Shown here piece by piece: positions 1 through 8,822 of a DNA stretch of 29,121 nucleotides; the stretch's first letter is position 1, and each line of letters opens with the position of its first letter. Under the pieces are notes generated by a model. It saw only the letters and a program-made list of their open reading frames with translations. It did not search any database and was not told where the DNA came from. Made by a program: the position numbers and the translations under genes. Origin of the DNA: Sulfurihydrogenibium sp. (lineage in GTDB: Bacteria > Aquificota > Aquificia > Aquificales > Hydrogenothermaceae); contig JBBIPN010000010.1 of assembly GCA_037442825.1 (NCBI GenBank), forward strand, positions 1-29,121, given 5' to 3'.

Positions 1-2057
1 ATTTTTATTCCTAATTTTTGTGCTTTTTGTAGTTTACTACCTGGTTCTTCTCCTACAACTAAATAATGAACTTTTTTAGAAACAGTATCGAGTACATTAC
101 CACCTAAATTTTCAACTATTTCTTTTGCTTTTTCTCTACTACAACATTTTAAAGTTCCTGTAAATACAAAATTTAAACTAGAGAGTTTACCTTTATTTTC
201 TTCTTCATTACAAACTTTTATCCCAAGTTTTTTAAGGTCTTCTATCATTTTTATATTTTGTGGATTATGGAAAAAGTTATAAACTTCATATGCAACTTTT
301 TCTCCAATATTTTCAAGTTTTATTAAATCTGATACAGTAAGATTTTTTAAATCATCTATACACTTTATAGCTGATGATAATGTTTTTGCAGTAACTTCTC
401 CTACATACCTTATGCCAAGACCGTATATTAACCGATGTAAAGGCCTGTTTTTACTTTCTTCTATAGCATTTTTTAAGTTTTCAACAGATTTTTGGCCAAA
501 ACCTGATATATTTTTTATTAAATTGAAATTTAATTTATATATATCTGGAATAGATTTTAAAAGTCTTAAGTTGTAAAACTTTTTAACCGTAGCTTCTGAT
601 AAACCTTTTATATCCATAGCATCCTTAGATGCAAAATGTATAATTCTTTCTACGACTTGTGCTGAACAGTTTATATTTACACATCTATAAACAGCTTCAC
701 CTAATGGTTTAACTAAAGATGATCCGCAAGAAGGACAACTTTTTGGAAATTCTATAGGTTTTTCGTTTCCTGTTCTTGCTTCCTTTATAACCATAACTAC
801 GTAAGGTATAACATCTCCAGCCCTTTCTACTAAAACAGTATCACCTATTCTTATATCTTTTTCTTTTATGAAATCTTCATTAAATAAAGAAACAGATGAT
901 ACTATAACTCCACCTATTTCTACAGGTTCTAATTTTGCAACAGGTGTTATTGCTCCTGTTCTTCCTATCTGGAATATAATGTTTATTATTTTTGTAGTAG
1001 CCTGTCTTGCTTTAAATTTAAAAGCTATTGCCCATCTTGGGTGATGGGATGTAAAACCTAATTTTTCATATAGAGATATATCATTTACCTTTATTACCAT
1101 TCCATCTATTTCGTATGGATAGTTATCTCTTTTCCTTTCCCATTCTCTACAAAAATCAATAACTTCTTCTATTCCATTACAAACTTTTACAACATCAAAA
1201 GGTGTTTTAAATCCAAGTGTATGTAACATTCTTATATTTTCTGAATGTTTTTGAAGAGATGATCCTAAAATATTTTTTCCATCTTTTTCTGCATATGTTA
1301 TCTGATATAAAAATGCTTCTAAACCTCTTTTTGCTACTTCTTTTGGATCTTGTAACCTTATTGAACCTGCTACTGCATTCCTTGGATTTGCAAAAGGTAA
1401 AAGTCCTTCTTGAATTCTTTCTTCATTTATCCTTTTAAATATATCTTTCCTTATTAAAACTTCCCCTCTAATTTCTATTCTATCTATTCCATAGGTTGAA
1501 AATTTTGCAGACAAAGGGATCGTTCTGATAACTTTTAAGTTATTTGTTATATCTTCTCCAACTTCACCATCTCCTCTTGTTGCACCTCTTACAAATATAT
1601 CTTTTTCATAGACTAAAGATATACCCGCTCCATCAAATTTTGGTTCAACGGCATACTCTATTTTATCTAAACCAGTTAATTCTCTTACTCTTCTATCAAA
1701 ATCTCTTAGATCTTCTTCATTGTAAGAGTTATCTAAAGATAGCATTGGTGTTAGATGTTTGACTTCTGGAAATACTTTTGTTATCTCTGATGGTATTCTT
1801 TGGGTTGGAGAATCTGACGTTATAAGGTTTGGATATTTACTTTCAAGATCTTTTAAAAGTTTAAAGAGCTTATCATACTCATAATCAGAAATGACTGGAC
1901 TTGCTAAGACATAGTATCTCCAATCATGATAGTTTATAACTTCTCTAAGTTTTTTAACTATATCTTCTGCTTCTTTTTCTGATAATTTTTTTATATCTAA
2001 CTTTAAAAGTTCCTTTGAAAGTTGTATAAGTTCTTTTTGTTTTTTTTCATCGTACAT
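1..2057 (-). CDS. ligA: NAD-dependent DNA ligase (3' end runs off the window)
   Basis: Not in ORF track; translated by hand from ATG 2057: MYDEKKQKELIQLSKELL..YHDWRYYV..; adenylation motif EPKFDG (~1630-1647), NPRNAAAGS, Zn finger CPSC, BRCT end VVGEEPGSKLQKAQKLGIK at the window edge in the same frame. Start overlaps deoC stop. Confidence 0.97.
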   Translation of the reverse strand, partial: MYDEKKQKELIQLSKELLKLDIKKLSEKEAEDIVKKLREVINYHDWRYYVLASPVISDYEYDKLFKLLKDLESKYPNLITSDSPTQRIPSEITKVFPEVKHLTPMLSLDNSYNEEDLRDFDRRVRELTGLDKIEYAVEPKFDGAGISLVYEKDIFVRGATRGDGEVGEDITNNLKVIRTIPLSAKFSTYGIDRIEIRGEVLIRKDIFKRINEERIQEGLLPFANPRNAVAGSIRLQDPKEVAKRGLEAFLYQITYAEKDGKNILGSSLQKHSENIRMLHTLGFKTPFDVVKVCNGIEEVIDFCREWERKRDNYPYEIDGMVIKVNDISLYEKLGFTSHHPRWAIAFKFKARQATTKIINIIFQIGRTGAITPVAKLEPVEIGGVIVSSVSLFNEDFIKEKDIRIGDTVLVERAGDVIPYVVMVIKEARTGNEKPIEFPKSCPSCGSSLVKPLGEAVYRCVNINCSAQVVERIIHFASKDAMDIKGLSEATVKKFYNLRLLKSIPDIYKLNFNLIKNISGFGQKSVENLKNAIEESKNRPLHRLIYGLGIRYVGEVTAKTLSSAIKCIDDLKNLTVSDLIKLENIGEKVAYEVYNFFHNPQNIKMIEDLKKLGIKVCNEEENKGKLSSLNFVFTGTLKCCSREKAKEIVENLGGNVLDTVSKKVHYLVVGEEPGSKLQKAQKLGIK

Positions 2058-2715
2058 ATTTGCCCATCTCCTTTAAAATTTGGAAACTGCTGCTTGTTCC
2101 AATCCTGTCAGCACCAGCTTTTATAAACTCTATTGTTGTGTTTAAATCTTTAATACCACCAGAAGCTTTTATTTTTATATTGTAGTTTAATGCTTTCCAT
2201 TTTTTTACATCATCTAATTTTGCTCCTTCTGGTGCAAAACCTGTACTGGTTTTAATAAATTCTGCTTTTGTGTTTGTTACAATTTTTATAGCTGTTAATT
2301 TTTCTTCTTCTGTTAAGTATGCTGTTTCTACAATTATTTTATGAGTTATCCTTTCTGTGTTTTTTATTATTTCATTTATCTCATTTTCTACAAATTGATA
2401 CTCCCTTGATTTGAAAGCAGATATGTTCCATACTATATCAAGTTCTTTAGCACCTTCTTCAACAGCTAAAATAGATTCTTCTATTTTTGTTTTTGTTTTG
2501 TTTAATCCTAAAGGAAATCCTACTACACTACAGACATTAATATCTGTATCTTTTAATATTTCATAGCAAACTTTAACATGATAAGGATTTACACATACAG
2601 ATGCGAATTTATAGTTCCTTACTTTTAAGCACTCTTCTTCTATTTCTTTGTTATTTATAAAAGGTTTTAAAATAGAATGGTCTATATAACTATCTATGTT
2701 TGATAACAAATCCAT
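2047..2715 (-). CDS. deoC: Deoxyribose-phosphate aldolase
   Basis: IDHSILKP, VVGFPLG, FIKTSTGF (Schiff-base Lys), IKASGGI, GADRIGTSS. Start placed at ATG 2715 (2727 possible) instead of track start 2766. Confidence 0.93.
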   Translation of the reverse strand: MDLLSNIDSYIDHSILKPFINNKEIEEECLKVRNYKFASVCVNPYHVKVCYEILKDTDINVCSVVGFPLGLNKTKTKIEESILAVEEGAKELDIVWNISAFKSREYQFVENEINEIIKNTERITHKIIVETAYLTEEEKLTAIKIVTNTKAEFIKTSTGFAPEGAKLDDVKKWKALNYNIKIKASGGIKDLNTTIEFIKAGADRIGTSSSFQILKEMGKYVR

Positions 2716-3520
2716 ACCAAAGGTCATTTGGTTTTCCTTCTTCTGGTTTTGATAATACTTCAACAATTTCTAAATTGTTTTCTTGGCAAAGTTTCTCAAT
2801 CTTATCTTTTTCATCTTTAAATATCCCAGATATGAGCCAATATTTTTTAAATTTATCTTTAATTTGATTAAAATATCTATCAAAAATTTCCATCTGTAAA
2901 TTTGATAATACTATTTCATAATTTTTTTCTATACTTTCTATGCTTCCTTGCCAACAGTTTATATGTACTTGATTTTGCCAACTGTTTATTTTACATTCTT
3001 CAACAGCTTCTTTTTCTATATCAAAAGCATCTACTTTTGCACCAAGTTTTGCAGCTGCGATAGATAGTATACCGGTCCCACAACCAATATCTAAGACAGT
3101 ATTGTCTATAGTTATGTATTTTGGTATTAAAGTAAGTATTATTTGAGTAGATGGGTGTAAACCAGTTCCAAATGCCATTGCTATTTTTAACTTTATGGGT
3201 ATGTATTTGTCTTTATTATAGATTTCCCATTCAGGAATAACAATAAATGGTGGTATTTCTATAGGTTTAAAGTTTTCTTTCCATTTTTTTTCCCAGTTTT
3301 CTTCTTCAATCTCTTCTTCCAATATAATTTTACCGTTTCCAATATCTTCAAATATTGTATTTAAAGTATTTTTTATTTCTTCAGAATTTTCTTTTTGTGA
3401 GTATACAGCAAACCATGTTTCATTTTGATCTCTTTTTATAATCTCTACACCATAACCATTTAGTTCAACAACAAAAATTTCAAAAATGTTTGTTGGTATT
3501 TGACATGTAAATTTAATCAT
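2690..3520 (-). CDS. prmA: Ribosomal protein L11 methyltransferase
   Basis: ENWEKKWKENFKP, MAFGTGLHPST, LDIGCGTGILSIAA SAM motif; dnaJ-linked context. Confidence 0.93.
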   Translation of the reverse strand: MIKFTCQIPTNIFEIFVVELNGYGVEIIKRDQNETWFAVYSQKENSEEIKNTLNTIFEDIGNGKIILEEEIEEENWEKKWKENFKPIEIPPFIVIPEWEIYNKDKYIPIKLKIAMAFGTGLHPSTQIILTLIPKYITIDNTVLDIGCGTGILSIAAAKLGAKVDAFDIEKEAVEECKINSWQNQVHINCWQGSIESIEKNYEIVLSNLQMEIFDRYFNQIKDKFKKYWLISGIFKDEKDKIEKLCQENNLEIVEVLSKPEEGKPNDLWYGFVIKHR

Positions 3521-3535
3521 TTTTTTACCTGCCTA

Positions 3536-3946
3536 CTACTTTTTGTATTTATTATAAATATAATCTTCTATTTTCATAATTTTAATCTTTGGTATCTGTA
3601 CCAATGCTTCTCTCTGTTTTTCTAAATCGTCTGTATATCTATTTTTTACTTCTTCTCTTAAATAGTTAATTATAAACTCTATATGCTTTTGTAAATCTTC
3701 TATCTGTTCTTTCATTTTTAAAACTACTTCCACACCGGCAAGATTTATACCAAGTTCTCTCGTTAAAAATAGTATAAATTCTAATCTCTTTAAATCTTCT
3801 TCAGAATACATCCTTGTATTGCCTTTTGTTCTTGAAGGTACAAGAAGTCCTTCTCTTTCATACAACCTTAATGTTTGAGGATGGATGTTATACATTCTTG
3901 CTACTGTCCCTATCATATATACTGCTTCTTTTTCTCTATCTCTCAT
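3536..3946 (-). CDS. hspR: MerR-family heat-shock repressor, HspR-like
   Basis: YMIGTVARMYNIHPQTLRLYEREGLLVPSRTKGNTRMYS..LGINLAGVEVVL is characteristic of HspR; directly downstream of dnaJ. Confidence 0.85.
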   Translation of the reverse strand: MRDREKEAVYMIGTVARMYNIHPQTLRLYEREGLLVPSRTKGNTRMYSEEDLKRLEFILFLTRELGINLAGVEVVLKMKEQIEDLQKHIEFIINYLREEVKNRYTDDLEKQREALVQIPKIKIMKIEDYIYNKYKK

Positions 3947-3968
3947 TGTTTCTACCTCTTAAAGAAGT

Positions 3969-5084
3969 TTATAAGTTTTGAAAAAATCGTTTCTTTATTT
4001 TTTGATTTTTTTTCAAAAAATCTATACAACTTTCTTTGTCTTTTGGAAGGTCTTTTATACTTGGTATTACTACATTAAACTGAACAATTAAATCACCATA
4101 ACCACTTTGTTTTAATCTTGGCATTCCTTTTCCTACTATTCTTAATGTATCTCCAGGTTGTGTACCTGGATTAACTTTTATTTTTTCTGTTCCACCACTG
4201 ATTAAAGGGATTTCTAATTCTGTTCCTGCAATAGCTTCTGCTACAGAAATATTTACATTAATATAAAGATTATCTCCTTTTCTTTCAAAAAGTAGGTGAG
4301 ATTCTACTTTAACTACTATCCATAAATCTCCAGGTATACCACCAAATCTACCACTATGACCTTTACCTGGTATTCTCAATTTACTTCCATTATCTACACC
4401 AGGTGGTATATTTACTTTAACTTTTTCTTTCTTTATAACCAATCCTCTTCCATTACAAACTTTACAAGATTTTTGTAAAATACCGGTTCCGCCACATGTT
4501 GGACAAACTTGAGATATTCTTATGAAACCTAAACTTTGATAAATTTCACCAGTTCCACCACATGTTGAACAAACTTTAGATTCTGAACCTGGTTGATTTC
4601 CTGTTCCACCACATGTTTCGCAGATTACATAACGTGGTACTTCTAACTCTATAGTTTTACCTTTATATGCATCTTCTAATGTGATACTTATATTTTGATA
4701 TATATCTGAGCCGTTTTCTTTTTGATAATATGTTCTTTTTTCTCTTTTTGTTCTTCTTCCACCCCCAAAAAAGCCAAATATATCCTCTAAATCTCTAAAT
4801 ATATCATCTTCGTTTATTCCATATGTTCTATAACTACCACCTTGAGAACTATAACCTTCAAATCCAGCATGTCCAAATTGGTCATAAATCTTTCTCTTTT
4901 CTGGGTCTGATAAAACTTGATAAGCTTCGTTAATCTCTTTAAACTTCTCTTCTGCTTCTGGATTTTTTGGGTTTAAATCTGGATGATACTGCCTTGCTAA
5001 TTTTCTGTATGCTTTTTTTATTTCATCTTGGGTAGCATTTCTACTTACACCAAGTATTTCATAGTAGTCTCTTTTGTTTGCCAT
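3969..5084 (-). CDS. dnaJ: Chaperone DnaJ (class A)
   Basis: J-domain with HPD, G/F region, four CxxCxGxG repeats, C-terminal substrate-binding domain; RBS GAGGTAGG. Confidence 0.97.
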   Translation of the reverse strand: MANKRDYYEILGVSRNATQDEIKKAYRKLARQYHPDLNPKNPEAEEKFKEINEAYQVLSDPEKRKIYDQFGHAGFEGYSSQGGSYRTYGINEDDIFRDLEDIFGFFGGGRRTKREKRTYYQKENGSDIYQNISITLEDAYKGKTIELEVPRYVICETCGGTGNQPGSESKVCSTCGGTGEIYQSLGFIRISQVCPTCGGTGILQKSCKVCNGRGLVIKKEKVKVNIPPGVDNGSKLRIPGKGHSGRFGGIPGDLWIVVKVESHLLFERKGDNLYINVNISVAEAIAGTELEIPLISGGTEKIKVNPGTQPGDTLRIVGKGMPRLKQSGYGDLIVQFNVVIPSIKDLPKDKESCIDFLKKNQKIKKRFFQNL

Positions 5085-5114
5085 AAACCTACCTCTTGAA
5101 AATATTAGATATTA

Positions 5115-5145
5115 ATAATATAATGTTTAGTGTATCATTGTCAAG
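5115..5145 (-). promoter_or_regulatory. Sigma70-type dnaJ operon promoter overlapped by a HAIR-like operator
   Basis: Minus strand TTGACA (5144-5139), 16-18 nt, then TATATT/TATTAT (5122-5115). Plus strand GTTTAGT-N7-TGTCAAG (5125-5145) matches the HAIR consensus CTTGAGT-N7-ACTCAAG at 10/14. Confidence 0.7.
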
Positions 5146-5176
5146 TTTTTTAAAAAATCAATTGTAAAGGTGAAAA

Positions 5177-5590
5177 ATGGCTATTAAAACTCCATTTGTA
5201 GCTGTTGATGGTATTATAAAATTTTTTGATGAAAATGACAATTTTCAAGGTATTGTTCTTATTGAAAGAAAAAATCCTCCTTTAGGTTTAGCATTACCTG
5301 GTGGTTTTGTAGATATAGGAGAAAGTGTTGAAGAAGCTTTAAAAAGAGAAATGAAAGAGGAAGTAAGTTTAGATGTTGAAATTATAAAACTATTTAATGT
5401 TTATTCAAAGCCAGACAGAGATCCAAGATTTCATACAGTTTCTATAGTGTTTATTTGCAAAGCTTGTGGTATTCCGAAAGCCCAAGATGATGCAAAAGAA
5501 GTTAAAGTTTACAAATTAGAAGAAATACCTTTTAATAAATTAGTTTTTGATCATGCTAAAATATTAAAAGATTTTTTAATAGAATGTTAA
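5177..5590 (+). CDS. NUDIX hydrolase (ADP-ribose pyrophosphatase-like)
   Basis: Nudix box [22 protein letters not shown], plus RDPRFHTVS and LVFDH motifs. Confidence 0.92.
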   Translation: MAIKTPFVAVDGIIKFFDENDNFQGIVLIERKNPPLGLALPGGFVDIGESVEEALKREMKEEVSLDVEIIKLFNVYSKPDRDPRFHTVSIVFICKACGIPKAQDDAKEVKVYKLEEIPFNKLVFDHAKILKDFLIEC

Positions 5591-5988
5591 AAATGAAATT
5601 AAAAGATTTTTTTGGAAAAAATAAGTTTTTTAATACTTTTGGAGAAGTATTTGAGATTTTTAAAGAATTTTTTATTGTTATCTTAACACTTTTACTTTTT
5701 TCTCTAACACTAAATGCTCTTTATGATATAGAATTTTCAATATTTTTAGAAAAATACAATTTAATAGATCTAATTCCTAAATTTCTTTATATTTTTATTC
5801 TTACAGAACTTTTTAGATTAAATATAATCTATCTAACAGAAATAAGAATAGATACATCTCAATATATTTTTGTATCTGAAAAAGATTTTGTATTAAAAAA
5901 GAGGAAGATATCTATTGAAAGAAGGAAAATAAACGGGAATAATATTTTAGGAGGTTTTCAATATGGAAACAGAAAGCAGTTGGTTTGA
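5584..5988 (+). pseudogene. PsiE-family membrane protein, apparently internally deleted with an aberrant C-terminus
   Basis: Two TM helices with PsiE-like FLYIFILTELFRLNIIYLTE..I, then no further TM helices; the basic tail reads through the RBS and start of the next gene. Confidence 0.5.
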
Positions 5989-6121
5989 ACTTGGAGGTAT
6001 TATATTTTTTACGTGGATGGTTATAATAGTTGGTTTACTATGGGGGCTTTCAATAAAAGCTAGTTACAATGAAGAAAAAATGAAACAAAGACAGCAACAA
6101 CAAAGAAAAGACGATGAGTAA
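5963..6121 (+). CDS. Small single-TM protein, 52 aa (not in ORF track)
   Basis: AGGAGG RBS at 5949-5954; METESSWFELGGIIFFTWMVIIVGLLWGLSIKASYNEEKMKQRQQQQRKDDE*; stop overlaps the next ATG (6114). Confidence 0.8.
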   Translation: METESSWFELGGIIFFTWMVIIVGLLWGLSIKASYNEEKMKQRQQQQRKDDE

Positions 6122-6623
6122 TCGCGAGAAAACCAACAAACCTAACTATCCTTTTATTTTAATTACAGCTTTTGGTATTATAGCAACCTTAATTTTTGTA
6201 TTTACTTTTGTATATCAAAAATCTATATCTACAGTTAGAGAAAAAGCTATAATGGAGAGAGCTTATCCAAAGATAAAGCCTCAAGAGTATTATTATGAAT
6301 TAAAAAATATAGCTGCTAAAAATGGATTTAAAGTAAAAGATATAGTTATAGAAGGAAACTATTTTGTGGTTCAACTTTACTCTTTAAACTATATAGAAAA
6401 AGCAAAAAATATATCTTTAGCTTTACCTTCTATAGTAATAGTTACATTGTCTATATATGACCTTGGAGATGGGACTGCTGTTGTAGGAAACAACCCTTAC
6501 TTATGGAGAATCCTTGTTGAAAATAGAAACTCTGATAGTTTGGCTAAAGAGTACTATGAACTTGTAGATTTGGTTTTAAACAGTGTATACTATTCTTTAA
6601 AAGAAAAGAAAAAGTCAATTTAG
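6114..6623 (+). CDS. Membrane-anchored hypothetical protein, possibly DUF302-like
   Basis: N-terminal TM helix; the pattern NGFKV..LSIYDLGDGTAVVGNNP resembles DUF302 (by eye only). Confidence 0.7.
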   Translation: MSNREKTNKPNYPFILITAFGIIATLIFVFTFVYQKSISTVREKAIMERAYPKIKPQEYYYELKNIAAKNGFKVKDIVIEGNYFVVQLYSLNYIEKAKNISLALPSIVIVTLSIYDLGDGTAVVGNNPYLWRILVENRNSDSLAKEYYELVDLVLNSVYYSLKEKKKSI

Positions 6624-6633
6624 GGGAAAAGTA

Positions 6634-8007
6634 ATGATAAAGTTTGGTACCGATGGTTATAGGGCTATAATAGGTAAAGATTTTACTTTTGATGTTGTTA
6701 TGAAAATTGCACAAGCTCAAGCTGATTCTTTAAAAGAAAGAAATAGTAAAAAAGTAGTAATAGGTTATGATACAAGGTTTATGTCTTCAGATTATGCACA
6801 TTTAGTTGCTGAGGTTTTTTCGTCTAACGGTTTTGAAGTTATACTATCTGATAAAAGTTGCACAACGCCAGCTTTATCTTTTGCTGTAAAGAACTTAAAA
6901 GCTGATGAAGGTATTATGATAACTGCATCTCATAATGGTTATAAATATAATGGTTATAAGATAAAAGGTTACTATGGTGGACCTGCAACACCAGAAATAA
7001 TAAAAGATGTTGAAGAAAGAATAGGTAAAAATCCAGTTTTGACAGGTAAAACGGATTTTACATACAGAGATATCAATAAAGAATATCTTGAAAATTTATC
7101 ATCTTATTTTGATTATTCTATTTTTAAACAAAGGCAGTTAAAAATTGTACATGACCCTATGTTTGCAACATCTGTAGGTATTTATAATAAATTATTTGAA
7201 GATACATTTATAGAAGTTAATGAGATAAACCATTTTAAAGATCCGTACTTTGGATTTCATCATCCAGAACCGATAGATAAAAATTTATCTTTATTAAAAG
7301 CTAAGGTGGTAGCTACAGAATCTGATTTAGGTATAGCAAACGATGGAGATTCTGATAGAGTTGGTATAGTAGCAGAAAATGGAGAATTTATAAACACTCA
7401 AATTATCTATGCTTTACTTTTATTACATACTGTCAAAAATAGAAAAACAGAAGGTAGTATAGTAAAAACTGTTTCTACATCTTACTTAGTTGATAGAATA
7501 GCAAAAAAATATGGAATAAAATTACACAAAACACCAGTTGGTTTTAAATATGTTGCAGATATAATGTTGAAAGAAAAGGTAGCTTTTGGTGGTGAAGAAT
7601 CTGGTGGATATGGATTTGGTTTTCATATACCTGAAAGAGATGGAATACTATCTGGAATGTTAATAGTAGAGATGTTAATGCTCTATGGTAACTCACTTAC
7701 AGAAATTATAAAAGATTTATTTAAAGAGTTTGGAGAAGCTTACTATAAAAGAGAAGATTTAAAAGTAGAAGGTAATAAAGGAATAGAATTTGTAAAAAGT
7801 TTAAGAGAAAAAGACATTAATGAATTTGCTAGTTTAAAAATTGCAGAAAAAGATCTAACAGATGGTGTTAAACTTATTTTTGAAGATGATAGCTGGATAC
7901 TATTTAGAGCATCTGGAACAGAACCAGTTTTAAGAATTTATGCAGAAACACCTAAAATGAGCCTAACAGAAAAACTTATATATACAGGAAAACAATTAAT
8001 TTTATAG
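6634..8007 (+). CDS. Phosphoglucomutase/phosphomannomutase family protein
   Basis: FGTDG, TASHN phosphoserine loop, DGDSDR metal loop, GEESG, RASGTEP. Confidence 0.95.
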   Translation: MIKFGTDGYRAIIGKDFTFDVVMKIAQAQADSLKERNSKKVVIGYDTRFMSSDYAHLVAEVFSSNGFEVILSDKSCTTPALSFAVKNLKADEGIMITASHNGYKYNGYKIKGYYGGPATPEIIKDVEERIGKNPVLTGKTDFTYRDINKEYLENLSSYFDYSIFKQRQLKIVHDPMFATSVGIYNKLFEDTFIEVNEINHFKDPYFGFHHPEPIDKNLSLLKAKVVATESDLGIANDGDSDRVGIVAENGEFINTQIIYALLLLHTVKNRKTEGSIVKTVSTSYLVDRIAKKYGIKLHKTPVGFKYVADIMLKEKVAFGGEESGGYGFGFHIPERDGILSGMLIVEMLMLYGNSLTEIIKDLFKEFGEAYYKREDLKVEGNKGIEFVKSLREKDINEFASLKIAEKDLTDGVKLIFEDDSWILFRASGTEPVLRIYAETPKMSLTEKLIYTGKQLIL

Positions 8008-8020
8008 AAGGAGATTTACA

Positions 8021-8431
8021 ATGGAAAATATGTTTCAACCTTTTGAAATTTTAATTTCAGAAGAAAACGAACTTATTGTTTTAGTTGAACCTGAAGGAGA
8101 ACTTATTTCTACTTTAGAAGATGAGAACTTATCTGTAGAACTTGATGTAGATGTTGATTATGACGATGAAGATGAAGAACTTTATCTACTTTTTACAGTT
8201 TACCTTGGAGAAAATGAGATATTTTTTGCAGTTTCATATGGTGAAGCTTGGAGTATTCTATCAGAGAAAGGAAATTTCCAATTAGCTTTTATATCTCAAG
8301 CAGATTTTGATAACAAAAAACTTGAAAATGTTCCTACAATAACTATAGAGTTAGATGATTTAACACTTGGATTTGTGGAAGGTTGTCAAAGGACAGCAGA
8401 AGTGTTATTAGGTGAAAATTTTGAAGAATGA
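8021..8431 (+). CDS. Highly acidic hypothetical protein
   Basis: AAGGAG RBS, 136 aa, ATGA overlap with the next gene; 36 D/E versus 4 K/R by hand count. Confidence 0.85.
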   Translation: MENMFQPFEILISEENELIVLVEPEGELISTLEDENLSVELDVDVDYDDEDEELYLLFTVYLGENEIFFAVSYGEAWSILSEKGNFQLAFISQADFDNKKLENVPTITIELDDLTLGFVEGCQRTAEVLLGENFEE

Positions 8432-8820
8432 TTTTTTACTATAAAAGAAAAATTAACTTTTATGAAACAGATGCTCAAGGGATAGTCCATCACTCAAACT
8501 ATCCACGCTACTTTGAAGAAGCGAGGGGCTTTTATTTAGAATCTATAGGGTATCCATATCACTCTTTAAGAGATAATCTAAACATAGATGTTGTTTTACT
8601 TTCTTTAAATGTAGAATATCTAAAGCCTATCACTTTTGGTGAAAATTTTGAGATAAAATTCTTTATTGAAGAAAAAGATAGATACTTTTTTTCTTTTAAA
8701 TATGAGATAATATCTAATAATCAATTAAAAACAGTTGGTAAGACAAGGCATTGTTGCTTAAATAGGACAACAAAAAAAATAATTAAAATTCCGAAAGAAC
8801 TTTTTGAGAAGATGAGGTAA
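8428..8820 (+). CDS. Acyl-CoA thioesterase (YbgC/4HBT hotdog family)
   Basis: FYETDAQGIVHHSNYPRYFEEAR motif. Confidence 0.92.
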   Translation: MIFYYKRKINFYETDAQGIVHHSNYPRYFEEARGFYLESIGYPYHSLRDNLNIDVVLLSLNVEYLKPITFGENFEIKFFIEEKDRYFFSFKYEIISNNQLKTVGKTRHCCLNRTTKKIIKIPKELFEKMR

Positions 8821-8822
8821 AC

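Noticed and set aside
1217..1762. Plus-strand ORFs 1217-1438 and 1544-1762
   Set aside because: Leu-rich antisense shadows of ligA with no RBS or motifs.
2716..2766. Longer deoC N-terminus in the ORF track
   Set aside because: Deep overlap with prmA; DeoC similarity begins near MDLLSNIDSYIDH.
3875..4078. Plus-strand 67-aa ORF
   Set aside because: Antisense to hspR and dnaJ.
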